This document shows, piece by piece, positions 1 through 11,312 of a stretch of 33,564 nt of DNA. A program made the position numbers and the translations under genes. Position 1 is the first letter of the stretch; each line of letters begins with the position of its first letter. The notes beneath the pieces were generated by a model. The model searched no databases. It saw only the letters and a program-made list of their open reading frames with translations, and was not told the origin of the DNA. The stretch comes from Patellaria atrata CBS 101060. Its lineage: Eukaryota. The stretch lies in assembly GCA_010093705.1 (NCBI GenBank), contig MU006098.1, positions 1,006,666 through 1,040,229 of the forward strand, in the 5' to 3' direction.

Positions 1-56
1 TTCTGTCTGGAAATTCATCAACCCACGATCTTGTTCGCTTTGATCGTCTTGTCAAG

Positions 57-135
57 GTATGATCCATTCTTAGAGGCATGACGTCCACTATAATATCTAC
101 CATACGAAGATACTAACAAGGCAACATCGGAATAG
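57..135 (+). other. 5'-UTR intron of the 6-phosphogluconolactonase gene
   Basis: AAG|GTATGA donor at 57, perfect TACTAAC branch at 111-117, TAG acceptor at 133-135. An in-frame TGA at 41-43 in the upstream exon argues the intron is untranslated. Confidence 0.7.
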
Positions 136-182
136 GTGACATATACATCGTACAGTACAACATCCCATTTACGACAGATACG

Positions 183-977
183 ATGGGAAAGCCGCCAAAT
201 CTCTACGCCTATCCGAGCACAGATGACCTCGCAAAGAGTCTACGGGCGTATGTTATCGATGCACAGAACAACGCGCTCGAACGTCACCATGTCTTCAGAG
301 TTGGCGTTTCCGGCGGATCGTTGCCTAAAACTCTAGCAAAAGCACTTTTGCAAGGAGGGTCTGCTAGCGAGGACGATAAGTGCCAATTCGGCAAATGGGA
401 GATTTTCTTCGCCGATGAACGGGCCGTTCCGCTAGATCACGAGGACAGCAATTACAGACTCGTCAAGGAGGAACTATTAGACAAAATACCTCCGGACATG
501 GGCCCTCCGACAGTCTTTCCCATTGACGTCAACTACCTCGATGACATACAGGAAATGGCTGACCAGTACGAACAAACACTAGTGAAGTCATTTGCGGCTA
601 GGGATAGCGTTAAGACTCCAATGTTCGACCTCTTGCTTCTTGGCTGCGGACCGGACGGACATACGTGCAGTCTATTTCCCGGCTCTCCCCTGCTGAGAGA
701 ACACGACGCCTGGGTACTACCCATCAGCAACTCTCCAAAGCCTCCTCCAAAACGGATCACCCTCTCACTGCCTGTTGCAGCGCATGGTCTCAAGATCGCT
801 TTCGTGGCTACCGGAGGTGGTAAAGCGGACATCCTGCGGAAGATATTCGATACTGAGGAGGGCCATCAACTTCCTTGTGGCCTGATTAATACGTTGGGTC
901 AAGAACGTGTCAGTTGGTTTGTGGACTATGACGCGGTAAACGGCGTACAGTTTCCCAGCCGGAGGGGAGCCTTGTAA
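183..977 (+). CDS. 6-phosphogluconolactonase (SOL/Pgl family), 264 aa, single coding exon
   Basis: Family motifs VSGGSLP, FFADERAVPLDHEDSNY, FDLLLLGCGPDGHTCSLFPG and PKPPPKRITLSLP. Confidence 0.95.
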   Translation: MGKPPNLYAYPSTDDLAKSLRAYVIDAQNNALERHHVFRVGVSGGSLPKTLAKALLQGGSASEDDKCQFGKWEIFFADERAVPLDHEDSNYRLVKEELLDKIPPDMGPPTVFPIDVNYLDDIQEMADQYEQTLVKSFAARDSVKTPMFDLLLLGCGPDGHTCSLFPGSPLLREHDAWVLPISNSPKPPPKRITLSLPVAAHGLKIAFVATGGGKADILRKIFDTEEGHQLPCGLINTLGQERVSWFVDYDAVNGVQFPSRRGAL

Positions 978-1425
978 GGAAATTCAAGGGGGGTTTTCTG
1001 GTTTAGATTTACGAAAGGAAAGTTAGGCGGTACGATTTATGAATTTAGCGGAGCAAACTCGCCCACTTTGCGTTCGTTACTGATATCCAAGGGCTCACTG
1101 CACGGTGAATTGTGATAGAACGCATTGAAGTGTTATATTGGGGCGTTGTTCACGCAAGTTTAACATTAGAGGGGATTTGGGATATTAGTCGATAGATCGT
1201 GGATATGAATGAAATTATGGATTGAATTCGTTCGTGCTATTGCTCCTAAACCTAATAAGATGTCATGATTCCATTGTACAAGTCGTTCCATTAGAAAGAT
1301 ATCCATCTTAGGCTGGAGCCCGTCACGTGCGGCTTGGCATGATCGCTTCCGCAAAGATAAGTTTAAGGTAAATATAAACATGTGCGGTCAGCCCGGAAAC
1401 AACATCATTTCCCATTTCTGGCACT

Positions 1426-3060
1426 ATGTCTCGAAAACCAGGAGCGCGAACCTCGTACCTGCAGAAGCCAACTTCAATTTCGATCTCGGGTGCAGCCCTT
1501 GGAGATGTAGGCTTGGAGCAGAAACCTTCCTCCCCCACGAAGCTGATTGCGCTCAGTACATCCACAATAAGACTTGATGTCTCTCCTACGCGTTTGCCGA
1601 TCCCGGCGCCAGGATTCCAGCCTACGAATAAAAATGAAGTAAAACGGCGCAGTCTGCTCCAGCAGAAGGAAGAGGCAGCAAGACACCTTTCTCACTCGGA
1701 ATCAGGAACCGATGAAGGATCGAAACAGAAACGCGTTAGTTCTGTGGTGAACGGATCAAAATGTACCTCTCGGCCTTTGTCTTTTACGAGGACGACGAGT
1801 TACCAGACGAAACGTGATGCGAAGGTGGTTACAAGAACACAGGATCCACATCAGTCCAAGAGGGAGAAACCACCAAACGTGCAAGCTACCACATTAAGTA
1901 GATCACAGTCGGTACGGAAGCCCTCAAATGAGTCTCAACCTACTTCGACGTTTTCACACTCTCGTGCCCGCAATCAGTCGACTAGCATATTAGGTACCTC
2001 GCGCAGACCGCAGGAACATGCCATTGCATCGAAGCATAGCGAGACATTGAAAGGGGGAGGTCCTCTTAACCGTTCCGCTAACCCATCCTCTAGAGGTATA
2101 AAAGTAACAGAACCTCCAGAGGTTTTCCAGCATAAACAAACAACATCCAGTCTCGCTCTCAAACGCTCGGTGATTCCATCAAACGATGAGAATAAGGCTC
2201 TAAGGCCCGCGTTCAGTACGTTTCAACAGCATTATTCGCCTAAGAAAACCAATAAGGCGCCTAGTTCATCCTTCCTAGTTCCGATGGTAGAACCAAACGC
2301 TTCCGGACCTTCTCAGGCATCCCGCTTGCAGACTGAGTTATTACAACTACATTCCCTCCATAGTTCTTCAGCGAGCGTGTGTAGGCAGTGGGAATCTTCG
2401 GCCAAGCATCGGCTGGACGATCTCTTCGAATCCGTGGTCGTAGAATATGGCATTATGCGAAAGGCAGAACGGGAAGCTCAAGAACAAGTAAACATGATTG
2501 CCCTGCAAGAATGGAGTAGTGGTATTGAAGGTTTTGGTCTTTCAGAAAATATTCAACTGCTTGGTTCTTTGCTATACGAACTGCCAGGCCTTACGGATGA
2601 AAACGGCCGCTACACTCGCGTCGTGAACGAGTTCGAGATGTGGGTGTCTATGGTACGCCAGATACGGGGAGATTACTCAGGTTTCAACAAGCAAGTAATT
2701 CTAGGGAAGAGCGAAGCGCTTTCTGTGGCAAACCTTCGCTATGTTGAAAGCATCGGCGACGCGTGGAAAGTAGAGAATGCGGCTCTGACACGCAAGTTGA
2801 GCATTCTAGCTCGCGACGTTGAGAAAATCATCCAACCTTCACCAAGGTCGTCAGTCGCAAGGATCATGCAAAACTGCCAAGCTCTGTTGAAAGGCATGCT
2901 TGGAGAGCTGTTAGCAATGCTTGATCTGCAGGCTGAGGTCATGAATAGGGAGAGAAAGCTGGTCGAAGGCGGTCTTGCCGCTATCTCTCATGACATCGAG
3001 ACATGTTTCGAGTTGGAAGATCAAGAGGATCATGTCAAAGGACGATGGCGATGTAGGTAA
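1426..3060 (+). CDS. Protein of unknown function, 544 aa: Ser/Thr/Lys/Arg-rich low-complexity N-half, helical/coiled-coil C-half
   Basis: Uninterrupted 1635-nt ORF. The motif LRPAFSTFQQHYSPKK is followed by an amphipathic region starting RLQTELLQLHSLH. Confidence 0.8.
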   Translation: MSRKPGARTSYLQKPTSISISGAALGDVGLEQKPSSPTKLIALSTSTIRLDVSPTRLPIPAPGFQPTNKNEVKRRSLLQQKEEAARHLSHSESGTDEGSKQKRVSSVVNGSKCTSRPLSFTRTTSYQTKRDAKVVTRTQDPHQSKREKPPNVQATTLSRSQSVRKPSNESQPTSTFSHSRARNQSTSILGTSRRPQEHAIASKHSETLKGGGPLNRSANPSSRGIKVTEPPEVFQHKQTTSSLALKRSVIPSNDENKALRPAFSTFQQHYSPKKTNKAPSSSFLVPMVEPNASGPSQASRLQTELLQLHSLHSSSASVCRQWESSAKHRLDDLFESVVVEYGIMRKAEREAQEQVNMIALQEWSSGIEGFGLSENIQLLGSLLYELPGLTDENGRYTRVVNEFEMWVSMVRQIRGDYSGFNKQVILGKSEALSVANLRYVESIGDAWKVENAALTRKLSILARDVEKIIQPSPRSSVARIMQNCQALLKGMLGELLAMLDLQAEVMNRERKLVEGGLAAISHDIETCFELEDQEDHVKGRWRCR

Positions 3061-4805
3061 AATCATAGGAGAGGATTACGGAACGCTCCGGTCAGCAGCG
3101 ACGACTGGGACAGGGTTAGTACAGAGTACGGTTCGCTGATTATGCGGATTAGCCCGTAAGATAACATGTTCTTATTGGGGAATGTTTACAAGAAGAGACA
3201 TGATTTCTCGCCGTCTGCGATGATAAACTGGAGGACCGCCGATGATGACTTGCATTAGAGGGCATATATCGAACAAATGTCACAGATGAGGGACGATTGG
3301 CTATGGTGGTCAAGAGACTGGTTCAGTGTACAGTACTTATTAATAAGGTTCCCTGCGGTAGTAAAAGAAAAACAGTTCAGTACTGTAGAAGTAAGGTAGT
3401 CTGTAGGGAGAGTAAGCACTAGGGACGCATTACCACCTCACTCTTTCGATTCTCCTTGTCCAGTGTCGACGAATCTCTTCCATTTCTCCATGTTATCGCT
3501 GCTTTGGCTTCTCCATAGCTCCGGGAATGAGGAATGAATAATGGGGTCAAACTGATTCTGAGCGTCCTTCATCCACTAAGGTAGATTCCCCTCAACCTTT
3601 ATTAGAGCCCAGCGGAAATCGTTACACCGAGAGACTGTGGCGAGCATGCAAGTGATAGAAGCCTGGTATTATCTTTTTCGACATGATGCTAGTGAAAGAG
3701 GGATTTTAGAGGGCGAGTGCCTTTCTCTAAAAGTAGTCCCATCGGAGATTTTGATGATGGATTAGAACAGCACTTGGATCTCTTGCTCTATAACAATAAG
3801 AACAACATCACCTCTGACTTCTAGGGATACAGTCCTGGAACAAAAGGAAGCCTCACGCTCAACTTTGCTTTTTCAATATCCAAAAGCGAGGTATGAAATG
3901 AAACAATAGGAGTCTAACGATAGGACTGTATACATGTATGTACAGTACCTCACTGTTAACTCCCATACCCACCTTAGTAACTTAGTAATCTTACTGTTCA
4001 TGCACCCGACATACGAAAGTATTACCAAGCAAGCAAAGGAACAAGGGGGAACGTGTACTGTCCATGATTCCATCCACTCTCGGCTTACTCAGCCTGGGAC
4101 GTTGCTTTGTGAAGCCAAGGGAGCATTGGGAGTCCCTCAGTTCCTGTTCCTCACCTCAAGGCGCCGCCCTCCATTATCTTTTCACCCTCCCACTACCTAC
4201 AAGTACCTTTATTCTCCGACTTCCCGAAAGTGCACAGGGGATATCCAAAAGGAATTTGGGCATTCAAGGCATTTACTAATTACTATATTCTTCTTACTTT
4301 TTGGCCACTCAACCGCTTTCACAGCGCCAAATCACCCCCCTGTGCTAACGCCCTACCTGCCCTCCAACTGCTTTTTGTGTACCTTCTACCGCCACTTTCA
4401 TCTACAATGCATTCATCTACAATCCCTTTGCTTGCTCCATCTGCTACATTCATTCGTCTTTTCGTAGTCTAAACATCTTGCAAGACATTCATAAACACCT
4501 TTTGTCTTATTATCCGGGCTGGCTTAGAACTACCGTACCAGCAACACTACAAAGGTAGAACTGTCTTCCTAAGTCATTTTCCAGAGTTTGTACAGTACAG
4601 TACTGTTAATATCTGTCACCAACCACGCCCTTTCGCGTGCCGGCGGATTATTATTCATCTTCTGCGCGAGCTCAACAACCTCGATCGCCATTCTGAGGGG
4701 TTAAGCTAGTTTTGGAGTACAGTAGCTGCTGCTCTCATGCGTCTCTAAAACCCGGATGGCGCGCTGGAGAAGCTGCTCTATCATTCCGAGGGCTGGCGAA
4801 AACCC

Positions 4806-6883
4806 ATGGCTACAGATTCAAGATGGAAACGCCCTTGGGAAGACAGTCACAGTAGCAGTTACGGTGGCAATCACCTCTCTCGCGGAGCTTCGAGTACCGC
4901 AAGCGTTTTAGATTCAGCCCCCCCGCCCACACCAGGCTTGCCTTCTTCAGCTATTTCAATTACAAACCCATCCTTCGACTCGGTCAGCAGGCAGCTTCCT
5001 TCTCTCCCCCAGACCATTCCCGCGCATTCCGACTCGACCATCCTTCCCGGACCTGATATCCGTTCACCACGCACGTCTGCATCAAATCTACACGACAGAC
5101 CTGCCGAAAGGTGGGAATCGTCATTCGATGGGTTTCAGCGCAAGAGGAGGCGCGTGCACGATTGCTTAAACGAACCGGAGGGTTAGTATATCAAACTTCT
5201 TTCCGTACTCTTCATGTTTTTGAATGGTCTTTCCTTTTGCTTTTCTCGTATTCAATATGACGCCTGGCAAAGTCTATGCTGGCAAAATATTCGTCAATAA
5301 TGCTAGACAAACGTTGTGTTATCAATTACTGAATCGGTCTAGTTGCCGGCTTCCTAGGTGATCTCGCAAGAGACGTCTCAGCACCTGCTTTGGATCCGTT
5401 GGTTAGGATCGAACGTCGGTCGAGGGATGCTACATTCAACTTCCTACCGAGAGGGGACGAGTGCTGTTCGCGTCTATGCGTCGGTCCCAAATGCGCCAGA
5501 GTTCGTATTCTAGTTCAAGAGATTGCTACCGAACTTTCTTTGCTTGACTGTGGAATCAATGAAACCGTGAGCGCACTAACGGGAGTGTCTCAACCATCAA
5601 GAGATGTAAGCATACTACCGGTCAATGAACTTCATATATGACCTAGATGCCAGTCCAGACGCATGAATTACTGACCGTCACAAAAGCCTCCTCGAGTAGA
5701 GCAAGTCGGGGCCATCCGCGGCTTGGAATGGGTGCTGGACGTTGTGCGCCTCAACTCTGCCCGGCTAGGTGAACCTCCGGGAGGAGTAAACTCGCGGCAA
5801 TCAGACGCAAGCGGTGCTGCAAAGGATCGCATATCTCCAGTGGAAACTCTTGATACAATGAAGCGTCGACAGGATCCTTATGGGAAAGACAATCCGAGTG
5901 GTTCTTCTTGGCGCCCGCATACCGAACTTCCTTACGACAGTCAAAGACCGCCACCTCCACCGTCCAGTATTTTAGGGGACCATCGACGCTCTGTTGATAT
6001 GTCGGCCTTAATGCACTCACCTCGTTCATCATCCGCTTCAGCATTTTTACCCCAGCAAAGCCCTCTTATGGCTTCGCAGCAGTCTGGACGGATGCTCCCT
6101 TCCCCTACGTCAATTAACTTCCCACATTCGCAACTTCCACCTCTCGCATCTCCCCACGCATCAGCCCATTCTGTACATTTACAAGATCTCCAACACCAAG
6201 TTAGCATCAAGACGCTCGCACTGCAAACACTTCGAAGCGAATACGATTCGCTTCTACAAAAGCTCGAGCGCCAGCGCACGAAATGCGCAACGCTCGAAAA
6301 GAAATTCGAGGTTACTGACGTCGAGATAAACAGCTTGACAGATGAAAGGGAAAGACTCCAAGCACAGGTCATCTCGCTAGAAGCTCAGGTAGAAGATCTC
6401 CAGAAGAGCAGAGATGAAGCAAAGCGCCAACTCGTCACAAATGGCGCTCAGTACATGAAGATCGTCGACATGGCGAACCAGCTTCAAGCCAAATGTGCGG
6501 ATGACAGGAGGAAGTGGGCGATAGAGAAAGAAGCGTTGGATGAGAAGATTCGAGGCTTGGAAGATGCCATGGTTGCTGGAGTGACTGGCGTAGGTCTTCA
6601 GCACCACGGGGGTGCAGATGTACCTGAACTGTTAACTGGCGGTAAGGAGAGGGAGCCTACCACTGCCGACGATGCTCAGCCATCAGCACCTTCATCAGGT
6701 GCGATACGGGTGCTGAAGGTCGAAATTGCAAGGCTAAGGGCAAAGAACCAGATGATGGACTTAGCGTTGAAGACAATGAAGGAGGAATGTCACACCATGC
6801 AGGTGACGTTGCAAGCGGTTGTGAACTCCGGGCAAAAGATACAACAGGCTGCGGATACGGTCATAGGATCCGAGAACCGATGA
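4806..6883 (+). CDS. Three-exon protein of unknown function (~606 aa) with Pro/Ser-rich regions and a long C-terminal coiled coil; exons 4806-5181, 5358-5605, 5687-6883
   Basis: Intron 5182-5357 (GTTAGT...CTAG) and intron 5606-5686 (GTAAGC...ACTGAC...AAG) join ORFs 4806, 5390 and 5723 in frame. Heptad-rich segment LQDLQHQVSIKTLALQTLRSEYDSLLQKLERQR... A second in-frame acceptor at 5342 is possible. Confidence 0.75.
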
Positions 6884-8791
6884 GGGGAGCGAAACCAGCC
6901 CACATGCTGTAGTATGAAGGTCAGCAAATGGGATTCAAAATGTCCCGTCTCCGATGGCAAAAACCGGTACTCCATACATACATCATAAGGAGATCACCAT
7001 TTGGTCATGCATACAGGAATTGAATATCTTGCCGATCTTAATTCTTACTGTACCGTCAGAACACTCAGTTCTAAGAGTGGACACACAGTTGAGGCATACC
7101 CATGGCGTTTATAATAGCCCCAGGCGTTGCGGTGTGTCCAGGAGATATATACAGGATGTCATAAAACCGTTGCAGATATTCCACGCTACTTAGATACCTA
7201 TATTAGGATATGACGATGGGACTTTTACACATGCTCCCCAGAAGATAGAACATGGAATTCTCTAACCGTTTCTGCCGTCGTAATGCGTAGGACATAAGGA
7301 TCTTTTATTTTGTTGCGATGCCATTATCTGTCTCTACGCCCTACCAGTATCATATTTCCCGCATTGTAGATTTTCCACTTGCGCATCCTCACATCAGTCC
7401 CATATGATGAGTCCTTTATAAACAATTTAAGGATTTTTTTTTCCCCATATCTAAGTTCTCCTTTACTCCCTAAACCCTCAACTCGCTATTTATCCCACGT
7501 CAAATGGTCCCATCAGTTGCTATACAGTGCCGTGGAATTTCACAATTCTAGCCCATGAAAGACTCTGTACAACTAAGTGGCAACTGGCCCTAATGTAGGC
7601 TTACGGTTACCTGTTCTTGCGGCGAGCTAAGATCCTCTTATATGTAACAAGTAGGCCTAACCTCGAGTACCATCCTCCGGGAAGAGATATAATTACCTCC
7701 TTTCCCTATCCCTCCGCCCGAGAATTACCCTCGCGGTGCCGTTGTGTCCCACATCTTCAAGCATTACATGATTCATGCACAGCTTCGACGTTCACGAGTT
7801 TCTGTGGCATGTTCCAGACGCACATGGTACATTACCATGTGGTAACCACCTTCACGATCTTCCGTCCTTTTATCCTATGCATTGAAGCGTACCGTACCTC
7901 TCATCGTACAACTCATCGGCGCTAGATTGATGTAGTGTGCATACCTGTGATCTCACGCGGACTAAGGTAATCGTTCTCATCTCCTTGACGTCTTCTGTAC
8001 ACGCTATTCTCTGTCTTCAGTCGTCTGATTTCATACAGTTAAGCCCCCTGCACCGGGAATGCTGCTCATTGCGCATACTAGTGGTTGTTCGCTTAGAAGA
8101 CAGGAAAGCATTTGTATGGTAGTAATTAATCTCTTCTTGTATTATTGTATGGTCCGATCCATAGGACCGGAGTTTTCAATTATCCCCCTCATCTACTTCG
8201 GCGCTTGCGCTTACCATAGGTTTGAGGGAAGGTACCGGAGACAATGTAATTTCACGATCTGTTAAATGTATAGTACCAGGCGTTATATCATAGACCGTGA
8301 TGCTTCTGCTCAAGTTAGGGAAAAAAGGTGGAGGGCCCCCTATCGAGCATTGCACCTTCCATCATATCCGGTCCGTCTCATATCAACGTCCATATCAATT
8401 TTGCACATATGTATGTAATTCGTCTATATACACCATATTATATCCCAACTGCAGTCCCCCAAGGCTACCCACCCTCTGTCGCACCTGATATTACTCGGCA
8501 TATTTCACTCATCCAACAGGCCCGTCTCAACATCATTGAAGCCTTGAAACTTTCGTGCGCACGCCCAAACCCATATGAACCGTAATTGAAAATGGAAGAA
8601 GGAAGAGGAGCAATAGGTGTAAAACCGCAGAGAATAAAAAGAAACGATCACAAATAGCCGCCAGAACTTCGCGTGGAACGCAAGATAAGTAGCAAAGATC
8701 GCAAAGAAAAGCACAAAAAAAGCCGCCGTCGTCCCGTCGTGCATATATCATCACTCAATCATCCGCAACTGTCCCAATCACAGATCACGCA

Positions 8792-11178
8792 TCACGTATC
8801 ATCAACAGCACTTCTCTTCGCACTATTATTCTCCGACTCCACCGCAGACTTCTGAATCCCCCCCGCAACATCACCTGTGACGGCCTCCACCTGCCGGTCT
8901 CCTTTCCCTTCCCTTGCCGCCGCCCCGTTCCCTCCCTTCGGTTTCCCCAAAGCCTTCTCCATCTCACCCAACCTCCTCCTTAGCTCTTCAACCTCTTTTT
9001 CCCTCTCGCCAGCCTCCTTCTGTAGGAGACGTATATAAACAATCGCACTCTCTACAGTCGCAGCTTTCGAGTTGCCCTTTTCCTTTTCCTCTGCCCCTGC
9101 ACTCCCCCCTACCACAGCCGCTCCGCTATTTCCGTTAGAGCCGCTGGCTGCGATATCGTCCCGGGCCACGATCTTCGGGCTGCTCTCCTTCGGTAGGAGA
9201 CTCTGCATCTCCTGGAGCGCCATGTTGATCCTGTTCCTGCGACCCTGCTCGGCAATCTTGTGGCTAGTGCGCTTCGACGTCAAATTCGTGGAGAGTGCTT
9301 CCGGGTACGACACGCCTGGAACATGAGTGCCGTCTAGGATGTTTTGATAGTTGGATTTCGATGCTAATAAGAGGGCATGAGCTTCTGGAGAAATCGCTGT
9401 GAGAGGATTAGCGTACTGACTTGAGGGGAGTAGTAGCGGAAAAAAGGAGAGATATGTATGCACCCCTTCGTCTTAAGGAAAGCAGAAACTCACTGGAACC
9501 CGTCCCCTCCGGCAAAAGCGGCTTGATACTCGGACTTATCTTCGGCCTTAGCGCGGGCGAGACGAGGATACTGGCGGTAGTGCTACCCCTCTTCTTTGCC
9601 GTGCCCCTCCCCCCGACCTTCTCCGTTTTCCGCGCCGTTGTGGAACCGCTCGGTGAGGTGATAGCGCTCAGAGAGGGGCTGGCTTTCGCGGATGCCGCGA
9701 TGGGACCGGAAGGCGTGCTAGAGATGTCGAGTTTGGGTGTTTTACGCGAGGTCAGGCGTGGGGTGTCTTCTGGGTTAGTGATGTGTACGGCAGTATCGAG
9801 GCGTGCGATCGACGGGCGGGAGGAAAGAGGGCCTGTGGTTGCGGCTTCGGGTAGGGTGAGGTCTTCCATCATGGGTTGGGGCTCAGAAAATGTAGGGTGG
9901 GCGAGGGGATCGCAGGAGACCATGGTCGGGATGTTTGTACTGGCGGCGCTAGGTGATTTCTGAAGACGCATGAGCGATGCAGGAGTGGCTGGGGCCATAT
10001 TCTGCGCATCGGTTGATGGCCCACTGTTGTTCATAGCTGTTATGGAAGGAGACTGAGTGACGGAGCCGGGTCTTGGAGGAGGACCCATTAATGACTCCGA
10101 CAGTGGTTCAGGAGATATAGATTCCGCTTCTGAGCTGTCATGGCGATGTGGCACGCCCAAACCGGCCGATCTGGTCCTCTGAGCTTCATCTAAGAGGTCA
10201 GAAACCTCCTTTGGCGGAAGGACAGACGATAACGTCGCTTTTCTTCTTTGTGGTTTGGTGATGGGAGATTGACGCACTCGAGAGGAAGGAGCCGTCCCCC
10301 TAGCTGCGGTGGATCTTTTACTTCGTAGTTTGCGCGTGGGCTCTACCGGAGAACTTGCAGCATCTCCTGCCATATTCACGTTGAGATCTATCGGGGACGC
10401 GGCTGCAGGACTACTGGCTGTGTGGGGATGTGGGTGATATTGTCTTGGAGCGTGATTCTGGGCTTCTAGGGCAGGTGAAGTAAGGGGGCTGAAGTACGCT
10501 CCGGGAACAGTCGTGTACTCGGGGGCTATTCGGAACTGTGCTTCGTGAGGGGTGACGGCAGGAGAAACGAGTGGCGTGAAGGCCATCTGGGAACGAATTA
10601 GACCAAGGCGACAAAGCGTTGAAGTTAGCTATCCTTACATCGTCCTGTCTCAGTTGATATCGCTGTTCCAATATCGCGCGTGTCTGCGGATCCATGTTTG
10701 CGATGTACCTGTGAATATCGCCGCGCATCTCCATACTGTTCGGTGTGGGGGGCACTCCTCGGTGGAATTGGAACGTGTGCTCCTGCGGTATAGAAAAAGA
10801 AGGTTGAACCGGTTGTTGTTGTTGTTGCTGCTGCTGCTGCTGCGCGTATTGTGGCTGCACGCCGAAATCGTAGAAGCTGGAGCGCGCATTTTGCACGCCT
10901 GCGGAAGGTTGAAGTTGGTGGAGTTGCGGGTCAATATTGTTCTCTAGGGGCTGTCTGGAGGCTTCATCCGAAGGTAAATGTTGCATATCCAAGCTCTTGC
11001 TCAATTCATTGACCTGTTGGCTCTCCTGCGAAGGCTCGGTATTCTGTTGGTCGAATATGGGGAAGTCGAGGTCGATATCGAGGTCGAGGAAGTTGGTAAA
11101 GTCGTGATCGGGAGGTGCAGCGGCCATGGTTTCGAACTGCTCGGACTGCGACCATGCCAGTTGATCAGGCTGGTTCAT
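8792..11178 (-). CDS. PHO4: Pho4/NUC-1/PalcA-type bHLH phosphate-acquisition transcription factor (~745 aa); exons 11178-10639, 10586-9494, 9396-8792
   Basis: bHLH basic region KRTSHKIAEQGRRNRINMALQEM with helix 2 NSKAATVESAIVYIRLLQ. Conserved filamentous-fungal blocks FTPLVSPAVTP, YFSPLTSPAL, SPALRPKISPSIKPLLP and LLLASKSNYQNILDG. Introns 10587-10638 and 9397-9493 have canonical signals and keep the frame. Confidence 0.9.
10813..10842 (-). repeat. (CAG)5(CAA)5 trinucleotide repeat encoding a Q10 tract in the Pho4-like factor
   Basis: The plus strand reads (TTG)5(CTG)5; the protein reads YAQQQQQQQQQQPVQ. Confidence 0.9.
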
Positions 11179-11312
11179 AGCTCTTCAGCAGAATTTCATG
11201 AATTCACAAAGGGTATCCGGCGATTTTAGTGTTGAAGGTTGCAAAGATGCTGGGGCATGGGGGGGTAGGGGAGAGAGACACCCAGGCGGTGACGGGTCGA
11301 TACAAAGATTGA

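Noticed and set aside
960..1130. Cryptic peroxisomal targeting of 6-phosphogluconolactonase by readthrough or by splicing at the GTAAGG overlapping the stop
   Set aside because: The C-terminus is -GAL and the stop context is TAA GGA, not TGA CTA. Readthrough ends in -GEL, and the spliced alternatives I tried gave no SKL-like end.
3242..3330. Box C-like ATGATGA (also near 7404) as a possible C/D snoRNA
   Set aside because: No suitably placed box D (CTGA) or terminal stem was seen.
3934..4472. ORFs 3934-4467 (177 aa) and 4230-4472
   Set aside because: They run through pyrimidine-rich promoter/leader sequence, have L/F/H-biased composition and show no domain, so they are probably spurious.
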